Shown: positions 1-10,348 of the stretch, in pieces | Position numbering within the stretch: the stretch's first letter is position 1 | How the letters are laid out: every line of letters begins with the position of its first letter | NCBI GenBank assembly: GCA_964470555.1 | Contig: CAYYDG010000005.1 | Span: forward strand, 123,288-187,287 | Length of the DNA stretch: 64,000 nucleotides | From: an uncultured Heliomicrobium sp. | Lineage (GTDB): Bacteria > Acidobacteriota > Blastocatellia > RBC074 | Reading direction: 5' to 3' | Made by a program: the position numbers and the translations under genes | The notes under the pieces: model-generated | Databases searched by the model: none | What the model was told of the DNA's origin: nothing | The model's input: the letters and a program-made list of their open reading frames with translations, nothing else

Positions 1-1
1 G

Positions 2-148
2 GTTGTTTACGACCCAACTGAAGATGACGATTCCCACTCTCTGATCTGCCCGCCTCAAAATCAAACTGAAAAAACTCGCAACCGCGACGCCAGAAAAATG
101 GCTGAAGCCGCGCATTGGCTGGTCTATCCGCTTGCCATTCGAAATTGA
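2..148 (+). CDS. 3' end of a hypothetical protein (truncated by window start)
   Basis: Hand translation: open frame VVYDPTEDDDSHSLICPPQNQTEKTRNRDARKMAEAAHWLVYPLAIRN*, stop TGA 146-148, just before the serS promoter. Confidence 0.5.
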   Translation, partial: VVYDPTEDDDSHSLICPPQNQTEKTRNRDARKMAEAAHWLVYPLAIRN

Positions 149-161
149 CCGAAACTCAGCA

Positions 162-190
162 TTGACAGGTTTTGGCGCGATGCGTACCTT
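162..190 (+). promoter_or_regulatory. sigma70-type promoter for serS
   Basis: TTGACA (162-167), 17-bp spacer, TACCTT (185-190). Confidence 0.65.
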
Positions 191-328
191 GTCGAATTCC
201 GCACTGTGGAGCACTTGGATTTATGCCAACCTGGGTACGCAGTCGTCCTCGACTGCTGTGATTGATGCGCGAAGCTTCCTTTTCCCTTTTTTTGCGTAAG
301 TCCACATCATTTCATCAGGGGTTTATTT

Positions 329-1618
329 ATGCTGGATGTACATTTTGTCCGAGAGAATTTCGATCAGGTGCGCGAACGGCTCGCCGCGCGCAATTTCGAT
401 CCGGCGGCGCTGGAAGATTTTCAGAAACTCGATGCCGAACGCCGTGCGTTGATCCGCGAGCGCGATGAACTCAACGCCAACAGCAACCGCATCAGCAAAG
501 AAGTCGGCGGGTTGATGCGCGAAGGCAAAAAAGAAGAAGCCGAATCAAAGAAAGCCGAATCGCGCAGCCTGGGCGACAAGATCAAATCCGCCGAAGCTCG
601 CGTCGAAGAACTGGAAAACGAATTCCGTAACATCCTGACTCGCGTGCCGAATCTGGCTCACGAATCGGTTCCGGTTGGCAAAGACGAATCGGCCAATGTC
701 GAAGTTCGCCGCTGGGGCACGCCGCGCGATTTCGCCGCCGAAGGCTTCACGCCAAAAGATCACGTAGACATCGGCACCTCGCTTGGCATTTTGGATCAAG
801 ACCGCGCAGCGAAAATCACGGGCGCTCGGTTTTCCGTGCTCAGTGGCATCGGCGCAAAACTGGAACGCGCGTTGATCGCGTTTATGCTCGACCTGCATAC
901 AACCGAACACGGTTACCGCGAAATGCTGCCGCCGTTCATCATCAACGACGCCAGTTTGTTCGGCACTGGGCAGTTGCCGAAATTCGAGCAGGATTTGTTC
1001 AAGCTGCGATTTGAGCGCGACTATTATCTGGCTCCCACCGCCGAAGTCCCGCTGACCAATTTGCACCGAGATGAAATTCTGGACGAGAAAGATTTGACGA
1101 TCAGCTACACGGCTTACACGCCTTGTTTCCGCTCTGAAGCCGGAAGCTACGGACGCGACGTGCGCGGCCTGATCCGCCAGCACCAGTTCGACAAAGTCGA
1201 ATTGGTCAAATTGACCAAACCCGAAGATTCTTACGCCGCCTTGGAAGAACTCACGGGAAATGCTGAAACCGTGCTGCAACGGTTGGAACTGCCCTACCGC
1301 ACAGTCGTCCTTTCCACAGGCGATATGGGCTTTTCGTCGGCGAAAACTTACGACATCGAAGTCTGGCTGCCGAGCCAGAACACGTACCGCGAAATTTCGT
1401 CCTGCTCCAATTGCGAAGCGTTTCAGGCGCGCCGCGCCCAGATTCGCTTCAAACGCGAAGGCAAATCCAAAACCGAATTCGTTCATACACTGAATGGATC
1501 GGGTTTGGCGGTAGGCAGAACCTGGCTGGCGATTCTGGAAAATTACCAGCAAGCGGATGGCTCGGTGAAAGTGCCGAAGGCGCTGGTTCCGTATCTGGGC
1601 GTCGACGTTATCAAGTAA
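329..1618 (+). CDS. serS: Seryl-tRNA synthetase
   Basis: N-terminal coiled coil; motifs [57 protein letters not shown]. Confidence 0.98.
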   Translation: MLDVHFVRENFDQVRERLAARNFDPAALEDFQKLDAERRALIRERDELNANSNRISKEVGGLMREGKKEEAESKKAESRSLGDKIKSAEARVEELENEFRNILTRVPNLAHESVPVGKDESANVEVRRWGTPRDFAAEGFTPKDHVDIGTSLGILDQDRAAKITGARFSVLSGIGAKLERALIAFMLDLHTTEHGYREMLPPFIINDASLFGTGQLPKFEQDLFKLRFERDYYLAPTAEVPLTNLHRDEILDEKDLTISYTAYTPCFRSEAGSYGRDVRGLIRQHQFDKVELVKLTKPEDSYAALEELTGNAETVLQRLELPYRTVVLSTGDMGFSSAKTYDIEVWLPSQNTYREISSCSNCEAFQARRAQIRFKREGKSKTEFVHTLNGSGLAVGRTWLAILENYQQADGSVKVPKALVPYLGVDVIK

Positions 1619-1639
1619 ACTGAAATTGGAGAAACTGAG

Positions 1640-1864
1640 ATGGCCATAATTCAAAACGATCAGGAATTCCAGGCGCTGCTGAAACGTGTCGCTTATTTTC
1701 AGCAGCAGGTTTCCAAGCTACGCGAAGTTGAGACCAATCCGAAGAATTACAAAATGTCGTCTGGCGGATACCTGGCAGAATTGGATCGGATGAATCTGGA
1801 AGTGCGCGAATATCTGTATGCGCATCCATCAGAGATGCGGAGCGAATTCGCGCTGGCGAGCTAG
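1640..1864 (+). CDS. Small helical hypothetical protein (74 aa), TA-associated type
   Basis: GGAGA RBS; MAIIQNDQEFQALLKRVAYF...GGYLAELDRMNLEVREYL resembles small proteins often found beside TA/HTH genes (from memory). Confidence 0.7.
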   Translation: MAIIQNDQEFQALLKRVAYFQQQVSKLREVETNPKNYKMSSGGYLAELDRMNLEVREYLYAHPSEMRSEFALAS

Positions 1865-1920
1865 CCAGAGCCTTTTTACAACCAGTTTGCCACTGGAGGT
1901 TTCAGCACTCATCAACCGCA

Positions 1921-2034
1921 GCAGCACTGAGCCTGAGCCGCAAAGAGATTGTGAAAACGTGTGATGGTCGTTATTGTTTCGCCGTCGAACTTTTCAAGCT
2001 TTGGATTTTGAAGAATCACATTCTGGCGGCATAG
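1921..2034 (+). pseudogene. Possible remnant of an AAA-ATPase C-terminal winged-helix tail
   Basis: Startless frame AALSLSRKEIVKTCDGRYCFAVELFKLWILKNHILAA* resembles the L..RE.I...G.Y.F.VEL...W tail of STAND/AAA ATPases. Confidence 0.3.
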
Positions 2035-2067
2035 TCGTCTAGTCAGTGAAGGGGAAAGTGTGTTTCG

Positions 2068-2301
2068 ATGGATTTTGAGTTGGCCGGGGAAATCACGAAA
2101 ATCGAAACCATCGCAGTCAATCTCAGCATCCGAGACCGGCGGCGATTGTGGCGCTGATATGGAAAAGGGCGCTGGCGTAAACTGAAGGGTGAGGTGCTGG
2201 TGCGGTTGCCGAGCGGCAACTTGCGTTATGCCGAAATCCATTGGTATGAAGCGCACGGCATCGGCAAAAAAGAATTCAAAGTCACGAAGTTTTTGGATTG
2301 A
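2068..2301 (+). pseudogene. Small basic protein (77 codons) with in-frame TGA; first gene of a TA-like pair
   Basis: Hand translation MDFELAGEITKIETIAVNLSIRDRRRLWR*YGKGRWRKLKGEVLVRLPSGNLRYAEIHWYEAHGIGKKEFKVTKFLD; TGA at 2155-2157; frame continues cleanly; missed by the ORF track. Confidence 0.75.
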
Positions 2302-2306
2302 GCGTT

Positions 2307-2552
2307 ATGAACAAAAAGAAAAGCCAAGCCAAGCTGATATTTGGCATTTGCGTAAACAACGAAGGTTATCCGGCTTCGCTCGAACTGATGAAGCTTTACC
2401 AGATCATCAGCGACGCTGAAGCTGAGGCCGAAGGTATGTGGCGAGTGGTGGACGAAAGCGGCGAAAGCTACCTTTACCAAGCCAGTCGTTTCGTTGTGGT
2501 CAACGTGCCTGCAACGGTTGAGCGGGTTTATCAGCAGTCGGTTTTGGCTTGA
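2307..2552 (+). CDS. Small hypothetical protein (81 aa), partner in TA-like pair
   Basis: ATG 5 nt after upstream stop; motifs CVNNEGYPASLELMKLY and RVVDESGESYLY. Confidence 0.75.
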   Translation: MNKKKSQAKLIFGICVNNEGYPASLELMKLYQIISDAEAEAEGMWRVVDESGESYLYQASRFVVVNVPATVERVYQQSVLA

Positions 2553-2571
2553 ATCAGAAACGCTGGGCAGT

Positions 2572-3429
2572 TCAGGCTATCTCCAACAGCCTACGAATGC
2601 GCGGTTCCAGCGCAGCGCGAATCTCGGCGTCTTCCAGCGCGTATTCGATCACGGTTCGCAAATAATTGACCGGATCGCCGATGGTCAGCCATTCGCCATC
2701 AATCACCGGCTGAGCGACGACGCGGCCGCCTCGGCGAATGTATTCACGGACGGAATCCGTCAGCCACAACTCGTTTGCTTTGCCCAAAGGAATCTCGCTC
2801 AAAATCTGAATCACATCGGTTGACAGCAGAAATCGTCCGAACATCGCCAAGTTCGATTTGGCTTCTTCGCGCGCGGGTTTTTCGATCACGTCTTTCATCT
2901 CGCGCGAACCGTCGTCCTTGAATTCGACAATGCCGTATCGCACCACGTCTTCCCAGGCAACTTCCTGGACTCCGGCGACCAGCGCGCCGGTTTCGTTGTG
3001 TGTCGTGACCAGTTGTTTAGCGAACGAAGTTTTGGCTTTGATAATGTCGTCGCCGTAAGCGTAGATAAAACCTTCGCCTTCCGGGATATGTTTGCGAGCC
3101 ACCAGCAGCGGAGTCCCGTTGCCATAAGGCCCGGCTTGCGGCTCGAAGATGACTTCGACGCCGGACATTTTGTTGACGAATTCGTCCAAAGCTTTGTGCT
3201 TACCGGCGGGAGGCAAATTTTCAGGCTTGTATTGCCGGTGCAGTGGCGAAGGATTTTCTCCAGTGACAATGACGATGCGTTTGATCCCGGCGTCAATGAA
3301 CTCTTCAATGATGAGTTGGATGGTGGGTTTGTTGATGACCGGCATCAACTCTTTGGGATAGCCGAGCGTGACGGGCAGCATGCGAGTTCCCGACCCCGCC
3401 GCTGCAATCACGCCTGTTTCGATTTTCAT
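2572..3429 (-). CDS. galU: UTP-glucose-1-phosphate uridylyltransferase family sugar-phosphate nucleotidyltransferase
   Basis: AAGSGTRMLPVTLGYPKELMPVINKP, GNGTPL, YGDD, IEKP, ELWLTD. Confidence 0.8.
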   Translation of the reverse strand: MKIETGVIAAAGSGTRMLPVTLGYPKELMPVINKPTIQLIIEEFIDAGIKRIVIVTGENPSPLHRQYKPENLPPAGKHKALDEFVNKMSGVEVIFEPQAGPYGNGTPLLVARKHIPEGEGFIYAYGDDIIKAKTSFAKQLVTTHNETGALVAGVQEVAWEDVVRYGIVEFKDDGSREMKDVIEKPAREEAKSNLAMFGRFLLSTDVIQILSEIPLGKANELWLTDSVREYIRRGGRVVAQPVIDGEWLTIGDPVNYLRTVIEYALEDAEIRAALEPRIRRLLEIA

Positions 3430-3565
3430 TCTTCTAACGCTCCAAATACCAGGTTCAGATCGAAACCGGACGATAGCATTTTGCTCGTTGGCCGAACAAG
3501 AAATTTATCCAAGCGACCTGATGTCAGGGCACTTTTTGGAGCGCCGCACCCTTGGCGAATTCAAA

Positions 3566-3675
3566 CCTGACACCTGATCCCTTTTACCCGACACTTAAAA
3601 ACCCGAAAAACATATTTGGTCAAAAGCTGCTTTTAGAAAAAGTCAGGTTTCGGGTATTGGGTAACGGGTATCAGG
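3566..3675. repeat. Imperfect inverted short-unit repeat (ACCCGA/TCGGGT, CCTGA/TCAGG)
   Basis: cctgacacctgatcc...acccga...acccga mirrored by tcagg...tcgggt...acgggtatcagg. Confidence 0.5.
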
Positions 3676-3754
3676 AAACTTGACAATGAATTCGCCGCAG
3701 CATCCCAGGACCGCCAAGCTCCAGATGTACTACGACATCAGCCGCACGGTATCT

Positions 3755-4573
3755 TTACTGCGGATTAAATCCTGTTGCGCGCCGAAATCCCTCAACAACC
3801 TTTCCGTCCTTTTTCGTTGCGCGACCTTTCAGGTATTCGACCAGCTTGGCCAAATCGTTTGGATCCCAGTCGGGGCGGTATTTATTGATCGAAGGTTCGA
3901 ACTGGCTGACGTGTTTGGTGATGGCGTTGATTTTCTGGTCAACGACGCTGCTGATGTCCACCCAGTAATTGGCTTCGCTGGCGGCGTAATAAAACATCAT
4001 CAACGGCACTTTGTACGGCTTCAGCCCGTCCACCAGCAAATGGTCGGGATAGTACAGATGGAACTCCGCCGCGCGAATCGCATCCGCCGTATTGAAACCG
4101 CCCATTCGATGATCGCTTTTGTGCCAACGTTCGTACCATTCGCCGGGATCAACGCTGAACACAACATCCGGGCGATATTGCCGAATCAATTTCGTCGCTT
4201 GCCCGCACAGAGCTTTTGGCTCGGCGTATTCCAGTTCGCCGTCGTTGTAACCCATCCAGATGATGTTGGCTTTGGGAATGCCTATGACTTCCATCGCGGC
4301 TTCCTGCTCGGCTTTGCGGATGCGCGCCAGCCGTTCGCTGGTCATTTCCAGATCGAACGAACCTTTGTTGTCGTTGGTGTAAACCACGACGATGATCTTG
4401 TTTCCGTTTTTCGCCAACAGCGACAACGTGCCGCCGCAACCGAAGACATCGTCATCAGGGTGCGGCGTAAAAACCATGACGGTTTTGCCTTTCCATTCTT
4501 CAACGCGATCTTGCGCCTGAACGAGACAGGCCAACAGCGCCAACGCAATCACAACATAACTCAATCTTTTCAT
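3755..4573 (-). CDS. Secreted PIG-L/LmbE family deacetylase
   Basis: Signal peptide; PHPDDD, RKAEQ, HKSDH motifs. Confidence 0.9.
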   Translation of the reverse strand: MKRLSYVVIALALLACLVQAQDRVEEWKGKTVMVFTPHPDDDVFGCGGTLSLLAKNGNKIIVVVYTNDNKGSFDLEMTSERLARIRKAEQEAAMEVIGIPKANIIWMGYNDGELEYAEPKALCGQATKLIRQYRPDVVFSVDPGEWYERWHKSDHRMGGFNTADAIRAAEFHLYYPDHLLVDGLKPYKVPLMMFYYAASEANYWVDISSVVDQKINAITKHVSQFEPSINKYRPDWDPNDLAKLVEYLKGRATKKDGKVVEGFRRATGFNPQ

Positions 4574-4582
4574 TACATCTCC

Positions 4583-5923
4583 TCAAGGCTGTTCAGGTTT
4601 GTCTTTCAGCTTTCCCAGAATGCGATAGATGTGAATCAAGCCGCGATCCACCATGCGTTCGCCTGCGCCGACTTCGACGCGCGTGACCAGCGTGTTCGCT
4701 CCGTATCCGCCGGACACGGCTGCACTGATTGTCGGGAAATAACCGTAATAACCATTCGTGTAGCCGGTCAGAAAAGTCAGCGGCAACGGCGAACGAGCTT
4801 TCAGCGACAACTGCAATCCGACAAACGGTTCGCCCGCCAAACCCACCAGCGCAATTTGCTTGTTGATGACCAGCGTCGTTACAGGCGCGACGATTTCCGG
4901 TGTGATGTAGCGTTGATAACGTTTGGCCAGCGCAGGCGGAAACGCCAGATTCAGCATTTGCCGCATCGAATCCAAATCCCAACGATTGCGAAAGCGAAGC
5001 TCTTCACTGAGAAAAGCGATTTCAGCATTCGCGGATATTTCGGTTTTGATAGTTTTGGCGACGCGAGTGACTTCGCGGCCAAGCTGTTCGCCGATTTCGA
5101 TCTTGATCGCGTCGGCGTTTTCCACCAGCGGAGTTTTATCCAGCATCGGGTTGATGTCGCCGGGCGCGCCTTGCAGAAAGAAACAAATCGGCTTTTCGTC
5201 AAAACTCGATTCAACAAGCTTGGCCATCGCGCCGGGATAATCCGCCGAATAACGCAAATTGTCCGGCCCGAAAATCACTGGGTGACAGGCGTAATTCACC
5301 AGAATCGCCATCGGATTTCCGTTCACATCATCCACGCGAATCACGCCGACCGTTGGATCAATCATCCCGGTTTGTTGCCCAGTGCTGTTGCGCCAGAGCA
5401 TTTTGACCGAGCCATCTGATTGCACGATGCGGCGATTGTGACCGAGCGTCGTTTGTCCCAAACCAGCGCCGATACGAGCGGTTTTCAGTTTCGCCACGGC
5501 TTCGCCAATCGAGTCGGCGATTTTTTCCAACGCACGCTGTTCCCATTCCGGCACGGCGTCGTCGTAACTGTCGTCAATCACCGGACCGGAATGCGTGTGC
5601 GAAGCAATCAACATCACCTCGGCGACGCCGTGTTGGCGACGAGCTTTATCACGCAACCACTCAATCCGCGGCGGCCCGAACGTGCGACCAAGATCGAGCG
5701 CGATCACGGCGACGGATTGCCGCCCGGCTTCCAGAACCAGCACGCGGGCAAACAATGGATCGAGTTTGCCATTGGCCGGCCCGGAGCGGTCAAAATATCC
5801 CCACAGGTCAACGCCCAGCGGCGGCGTGATGTCAACGCGCGAAACTCCAGCGCGCAGGTTTTGCGCGTTGCCAGCCAGCGCCAGTGAACAAAGCAGAATC
5901 AGCAAGGAAAAGGTTTTTCGCAT
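4583..5923 (-). CDS. Neutral/alkaline ceramidase-like amidohydrolase (secreted)
   Basis: Signal peptide; ASHTHSGP, NYACHPV, GAPGDINP, GEPF motifs. Confidence 0.85.
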   Translation of the reverse strand: MRKTFSLLILLCSLALAGNAQNLRAGVSRVDITPPLGVDLWGYFDRSGPANGKLDPLFARVLVLEAGRQSVAVIALDLGRTFGPPRIEWLRDKARRQHGVAEVMLIASHTHSGPVIDDSYDDAVPEWEQRALEKIADSIGEAVAKLKTARIGAGLGQTTLGHNRRIVQSDGSVKMLWRNSTGQQTGMIDPTVGVIRVDDVNGNPMAILVNYACHPVIFGPDNLRYSADYPGAMAKLVESSFDEKPICFFLQGAPGDINPMLDKTPLVENADAIKIEIGEQLGREVTRVAKTIKTEISANAEIAFLSEELRFRNRWDLDSMRQMLNLAFPPALAKRYQRYITPEIVAPVTTLVINKQIALVGLAGEPFVGLQLSLKARSPLPLTFLTGYTNGYYGYFPTISAAVSGGYGANTLVTRVEVGAGERMVDRGLIHIYRILGKLKDKPEQP

Positions 5924-5932
5924 GGTCTTTTC

Positions 5933-7210
5933 TCAAAAGCTCGGCGATTTTTTCAGTTTGCCAATCAAGGTGAACAGATTGACGATGTGGCGGTCAATCA
6001 TCGCCTCGCCCGCGCCGACTTCGATGTTTGTGCTATACCCCGCGCCGTAACCACCTTCCGTTGCAGCTTTCAGCGTAGGTACATAACCAATCCATTCGCC
6101 GCCCGCGCTGTATGTATAACCGAACAAAAACGTGTGGGCGATTTCCGATTTGTCGCGCAAGGCGATCTGCAAATCCACAAAGGGTTCGCCGGGCACGGTG
6201 GCAATGGCGATGGAGTTGTTCAGCAGCAATGTCGTCAATCCGGCTTTGATGGTTTTCGTCGCGTCCCAGCGTTCGGGGAATTCTCTGACTTCGGCAATGG
6301 CTTGAAGTGTTGAAGAAGCATTCGCCGCCGGTTTCAGCTTGCGCGCGACGTTCAAGGCTTCCTCAGCCAGAGCGTTGCCAGTCTTTTCGGCTTCGCCAAA
6401 ACCGTTTTCGGCGACGGGTTGTTTGTCGTGATACGGGTTGATGTCGCCCGCACCACCTTGAACGAACAAACACAACGCGCCGGGCAATGCTTGTTCGATG
6501 CGTTGGCGAAGATAACCAGGATAGTCGGCTGAAATCTGGCGATTGTCCGGCCCCAACACCACAGCGTGACAGGCGTAATTCACCAGCACCACTCGCGGCT
6601 TGCCGGTTTCGTCATCCACACGAATGACGCCAATCGTCGGATCAATCGGCGAAGTCGGCAATTTATCCGCGTTGCGCCAGAACATTGCCACTTTGCCATC
6701 GGCGGCAACCTTGCGGCGATTGTGGCCGAGATAAATTTCGCCAGAGCCTGCGGCGATACGAGCGATAAACAGTTTCTTCGAAGCTTCTTCAATGGCGGTC
6801 AGAATTTTGTCTTCGGTGACGGCGTACCACGAGCTTTCCGGTTTTGGCCAGCTTTTATCTCTCCAGGTGACTGGCCCGGAATGGCTGTGGGTGGCTGCGA
6901 TCAAGACGTGATCGGCCAGTTTGCGTTCGCGCGCCAGCGTGACAATTCGCTCGGAAGGAAACGACAACACATCGCAACTGACAATCGCCACGCTGCCGCC
7001 TTCGGCTTTGAGCAGCAAGACGGTGGCAAACAACGAATCGTGAACGCCGGTTGAACCACCCTGTCGAGCGGCATATCCGCCCATGGGAAATCCGACCGAC
7101 GGCGTGATTTCGGCTCGCGCAATTCCGGCGGAAAGTTCGGCAGCAATCGCCAACCCCGTTGCCACGCACATTAACAACAATGCCTGAACAGCAAGCTTGA
7201 TCGCTTTCAT
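5933..7210 (-). CDS. Neutral/alkaline ceramidase-like amidohydrolase paralog (secreted)
   Basis: Signal peptide; [27 protein letters not shown] motifs. Confidence 0.85.
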   Translation of the reverse strand: MKAIKLAVQALLLMCVATGLAIAAELSAGIARAEITPSVGFPMGGYAARQGGSTGVHDSLFATVLLLKAEGGSVAIVSCDVLSFPSERIVTLARERKLADHVLIAATHSHSGPVTWRDKSWPKPESSWYAVTEDKILTAIEEASKKLFIARIAAGSGEIYLGHNRRKVAADGKVAMFWRNADKLPTSPIDPTIGVIRVDDETGKPRVVLVNYACHAVVLGPDNRQISADYPGYLRQRIEQALPGALCLFVQGGAGDINPYHDKQPVAENGFGEAEKTGNALAEEALNVARKLKPAANASSTLQAIAEVREFPERWDATKTIKAGLTTLLLNNSIAIATVPGEPFVDLQIALRDKSEIAHTFLFGYTYSAGGEWIGYVPTLKAATEGGYGAGYSTNIEVGAGEAMIDRHIVNLFTLIGKLKKSPSF

Positions 7211-7266
7211 CGCACTAAAGTTCCTGTTTGATTTTGATGTTGAAACTTCGGAGCGCGCAGTATGCG

Positions 7267-10200
7267 CTAATCGGCGACTGCCGCCAACTGTTGGTGCGCT
7301 GTGACCAGCGGCAGTGAAATTTGGAAGACTGTGCCTTCGCCCGGTTGGCTTTCGACGGCAATGTGACCGCCGTGGTCGCGGATGATGCCGTAACTGACCG
7401 CCAAGCCGAGTCCCGTGCCCTTGCCGATTTGTTTGGTGGTGAAAAACGGATCGTAAATTTTTGCCAGATGATCGCTGGCGATGCCTGTGCCGGTGTCACG
7501 AAAACTGATGATGATCGAATCCAGATTCGATTCGGTGGCGATTTCCAGACGCCCTCCGTTGGGCATGGCGTCGCGCGCATTGAGGATCAGGTTCATGAAC
7601 ACTTGTTGCAACTTGGCCGCGTTGCCCGGCGCAAACGGCAGACTGGGATCGTAATTGCGAATGACTTCGATGTCCGTGTTGCGAAGCTGCGCTTCCAGCA
7701 ATTGAATCGTGTCGTCCAACACCTGGTTCAACGCCACTGGAACAAGGCGAGCATCGCTGACGCGCGAGAAATTGAGCAGGTTGTTGACAATCGAAGACGC
7801 ACGAGAAGTCTGGCGATGAATCTTTTCCAGCAGTTGATGGCGCGGATCATTTTCGGGAATCTGCTGCATCAGCATTTGCGAATATGACGAAATGCCGGTC
7901 AGCGGAGTGTTCACTTCGTGAGCGACGCCTGCGGCCAGCAAACCAATCGAAGAAAGTTTGTCGGATTGCTGCAACTGTTCTTCCAAGCGAATACGTTCCG
8001 TGACGTCTTCGATGGCAACCAGCGTGCCTTCGATTTCCGATGTTTTGCTTTGCAACGGAGCCAGCGAAATGTTCAACGTCAAATCGCGATCATCGGCAGA
8101 GCGAGCGCGGAATTTATAAATGTTGACCGGTTCGCCGGCAGACCCGTTGGCAAAGGCGTTAGTGTTGTAAGAACCATTGCCGTTGCCGTTTCCATTCACG
8201 CCGTTGTGATGTCCGTTTTTCCACTGACTGCGAGCCATCAATTCGCGCAAAGCTCGCAGCATTTCGGTGTCGAACACTTCGGTGATGCGACGACTGATGG
8301 TTTCGTCGCGGCGAAGTCCGTAAATTTCTTCCAGCGCGCCATTCCAGTTGGTAATACGCCCGGACAGATTGATGACCATCACACCGACGTTGATGGATTC
8401 GATGATGTTTTCGTTGAACTCTTTCAACCGGGCCAGCTCTTTGGCGCGTGTTGCCTGTTCTTCCAACAACAAGGCATTTTCAATCGCCACGGCCACATAC
8501 CCGGAAATCGCGCGCAGCAGGTCGGTGTCTTCCGAAGAAAGCAATGCGCCATCGGTGGAACGACCAAGCGCCAGCACGGCAACAACCCGCGACCGCGAAC
8601 CGCACGGCACAAAGTAACTGAACAAACGGCGCGACAGAGATTCATCCGGCGTAATCAATCGCCCGGTAATGGCGTCTTCTTCGGCATCAGTGCTTTCGAC
8701 GCGGACGATGCCCGAACTGTCTGTGCGGTCACGCAACAGGGACAAGAAATCGGTCGGCAGATTGATTTCGCGTTCAACCCCTTCTAAACGAGCCGCACGG
8801 AATCCTGATGGTTCGTTACGGTCTTCGACAAAAATCGCCAGCCGTTCAACCGAAAATACTTCGCGCAATCGTCGCATCAAACTGTCCAGCAGCGGTTCCA
8901 GTTCGGTCGTCGAAGCGAGCGTGCGTCCGAAATCCTGCAACGTGACCCGGTAATCGTATTTTTCACCGTAAAAGATGCGGTCAATCCGTTCCTGCAACCA
9001 GTTTTTAACCGGCGCAAACAACATGGCCAGAACCGACATGGCAATGGCGGCAATCAACAACGATGCTTCCTGCGACAGTTGCAACCGCAACGATTCGTAA
9101 CTGACCGCCATCACTGTACCGAACAGCGCCGCTACCGAAAGCGTGGCAATGATGTAGGCGAACGAACGGCGCATCACCACATCCACGTCGGTCAGTCGGA
9201 ATCGCGCGATGGAATACCCGAGCGTCAATGGAATCAATGCCAGCGGCGACAGCGAAATCAGTTCCAGCGAATTCGACACCGCAGATTCTGTGAAAAACGA
9301 AGGCAGGTAAAACGCGGCAAACAAGGCCGACGCCACGCTCATGCCCCACATCACCCATTTCAATTGCTGGCGAACGACTATGTTCGGAGCCTGGCGGAAG
9401 GTGCGAATCAGCATGACGGCGCTGGCGACCAGCGAAACGGCAAAAAAGAACAGCTCGGTTTTCGACAACCACGTCCTGGCATTGAGCGGTGAAACCGGCA
9501 ACAGATTGCGAAGCGCGGAAAATCGCAACCAGATTTCCATCGCAATCAAAATGACCGACGGCAGATATAAAGCTCCGACCAACCAGCGTCGCCTGGAAAA
9601 AAGTTGCGCGCGCGCCGGATAAATCGCCGCAAAATGAACGAACATCGGCGCCAGCAAAATCAGCGCAACCACATCGGCAAAATCAATCGCCTTGTCGAAC
9701 TGCATGCGCATTTCTTCGGTGGGACTGTACACGTGCGCCACAAACGCCAACAGGCACAGCAGGAAGAAATGCGTGACATAAGGGGCGCGCCCTTGTCGCA
9801 GCAAAAAGTAAATACCGATGGTCAGATAAATCAGCCCAACGATTGCCAGATACAACCCGCGCAAATTGTTGGTAGTTCGAGGGACCAGTTTCAAATCGGC
9901 GACGCCTTCACGCATTGGGGTGTCGCCTGTATCGTTTCGTTTTTCAATCCAGTAACTGAGCGTCGCCGGATTGCGGTCTCCGGCGCGGTCTTTGGCCAGA
10001 TCAAGATACATCTGAACGTGCTGGGCTTTTTCGACGACTTCAAAATCGTCGCCGGTGCCGGTGGGGCTGATGCCGATCAGCACGTCGCCGCGGCGAATGC
10101 TCTCTTTTGCCGCCGGGCTGCCCGGTTCAATGCGGTCGGCGACTACTCCAAGCTCAGCGTCATCGCGCCAGACTACCCCATCAGTCAGCACGACTTTCTG

Positions 10201-10311
10201 GTTCAACCGATCGCGCAAATTGAACGCGCCACTGGCCAACGCCAGCAAGGCGATGAACAGCAGCAGCAGCGTGCGCGTAGTTACCCGATTTGTGCCGATT
10301 TGGGGTGTCAC
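7267..10311 (-). CDS. Membrane sensor histidine kinase (PDZ, multi-TM, GAF, PAS, HisKA/HATPase)
   Basis: PDZ-like [21 protein letters not shown]; several TM helices; H-box HEVNTPL; N-box MNLILNA; DTGTGI; FFTTK; GTGLGL. Confidence 0.92.
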   Translation of the reverse strand: MTPQIGTNRVTTRTLLLLFIALLALASGAFNLRDRLNQKVVLTDGVVWRDDAELGVVADRIEPGSPAAKESIRRGDVLIGISPTGTGDDFEVVEKAQHVQMYLDLAKDRAGDRNPATLSYWIEKRNDTGDTPMREGVADLKLVPRTTNNLRGLYLAIVGLIYLTIGIYFLLRQGRAPYVTHFFLLCLLAFVAHVYSPTEEMRMQFDKAIDFADVVALILLAPMFVHFAAIYPARAQLFSRRRWLVGALYLPSVILIAMEIWLRFSALRNLLPVSPLNARTWLSKTELFFFAVSLVASAVMLIRTFRQAPNIVVRQQLKWVMWGMSVASALFAAFYLPSFFTESAVSNSLELISLSPLALIPLTLGYSIARFRLTDVDVVMRRSFAYIIATLSVAALFGTVMAVSYESLRLQLSQEASLLIAAIAMSVLAMLFAPVKNWLQERIDRIFYGEKYDYRVTLQDFGRTLASTTELEPLLDSLMRRLREVFSVERLAIFVEDRNEPSGFRAARLEGVEREINLPTDFLSLLRDRTDSSGIVRVESTDAEEDAITGRLITPDESLSRRLFSYFVPCGSRSRVVAVLALGRSTDGALLSSEDTDLLRAISGYVAVAIENALLLEEQATRAKELARLKEFNENIIESINVGVMVINLSGRITNWNGALEEIYGLRRDETISRRITEVFDTEMLRALRELMARSQWKNGHHNGVNGNGNGNGSYNTNAFANGSAGEPVNIYKFRARSADDRDLTLNISLAPLQSKTSEIEGTLVAIEDVTERIRLEEQLQQSDKLSSIGLLAAGVAHEVNTPLTGISSYSQMLMQQIPENDPRHQLLEKIHRQTSRASSIVNNLLNFSRVSDARLVPVALNQVLDDTIQLLEAQLRNTDIEVIRNYDPSLPFAPGNAAKLQQVFMNLILNARDAMPNGGRLEIATESNLDSIIISFRDTGTGIASDHLAKIYDPFFTTKQIGKGTGLGLAVSYGIIRDHGGHIAVESQPGEGTVFQISLPLVTAHQQLAAVAD

Positions 10312-10348
10312 TGAATTCTCAATTGTTCGTTGTTCTCAACAAACCGTA

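Noticed and set aside
200-328. T-box or Ser-rich leader peptide upstream of serS
   Set aside because: No T-box consensus; the short ORF MPTWVRSRPRLL has one Ser, and the Ser-Ser-Ser frame lacks a start codon.
2155-2157. Selenocysteine or genome-wide UGA=Trp recoding to explain two in-frame TGAs
   Set aside because: Many intact genes end in TGA (2552, 30956, 31747), the position is not Cys-like, and no SECIS lies directly downstream.
3680-5419. Long antisense ORFs (also 26537-27688, 33007-34533, 40972-42501, 50072-51307, 57622-58890)
   Set aside because: They are shadows of well-supported opposite-strand genes in high-GC DNA and have no recognisable motifs.
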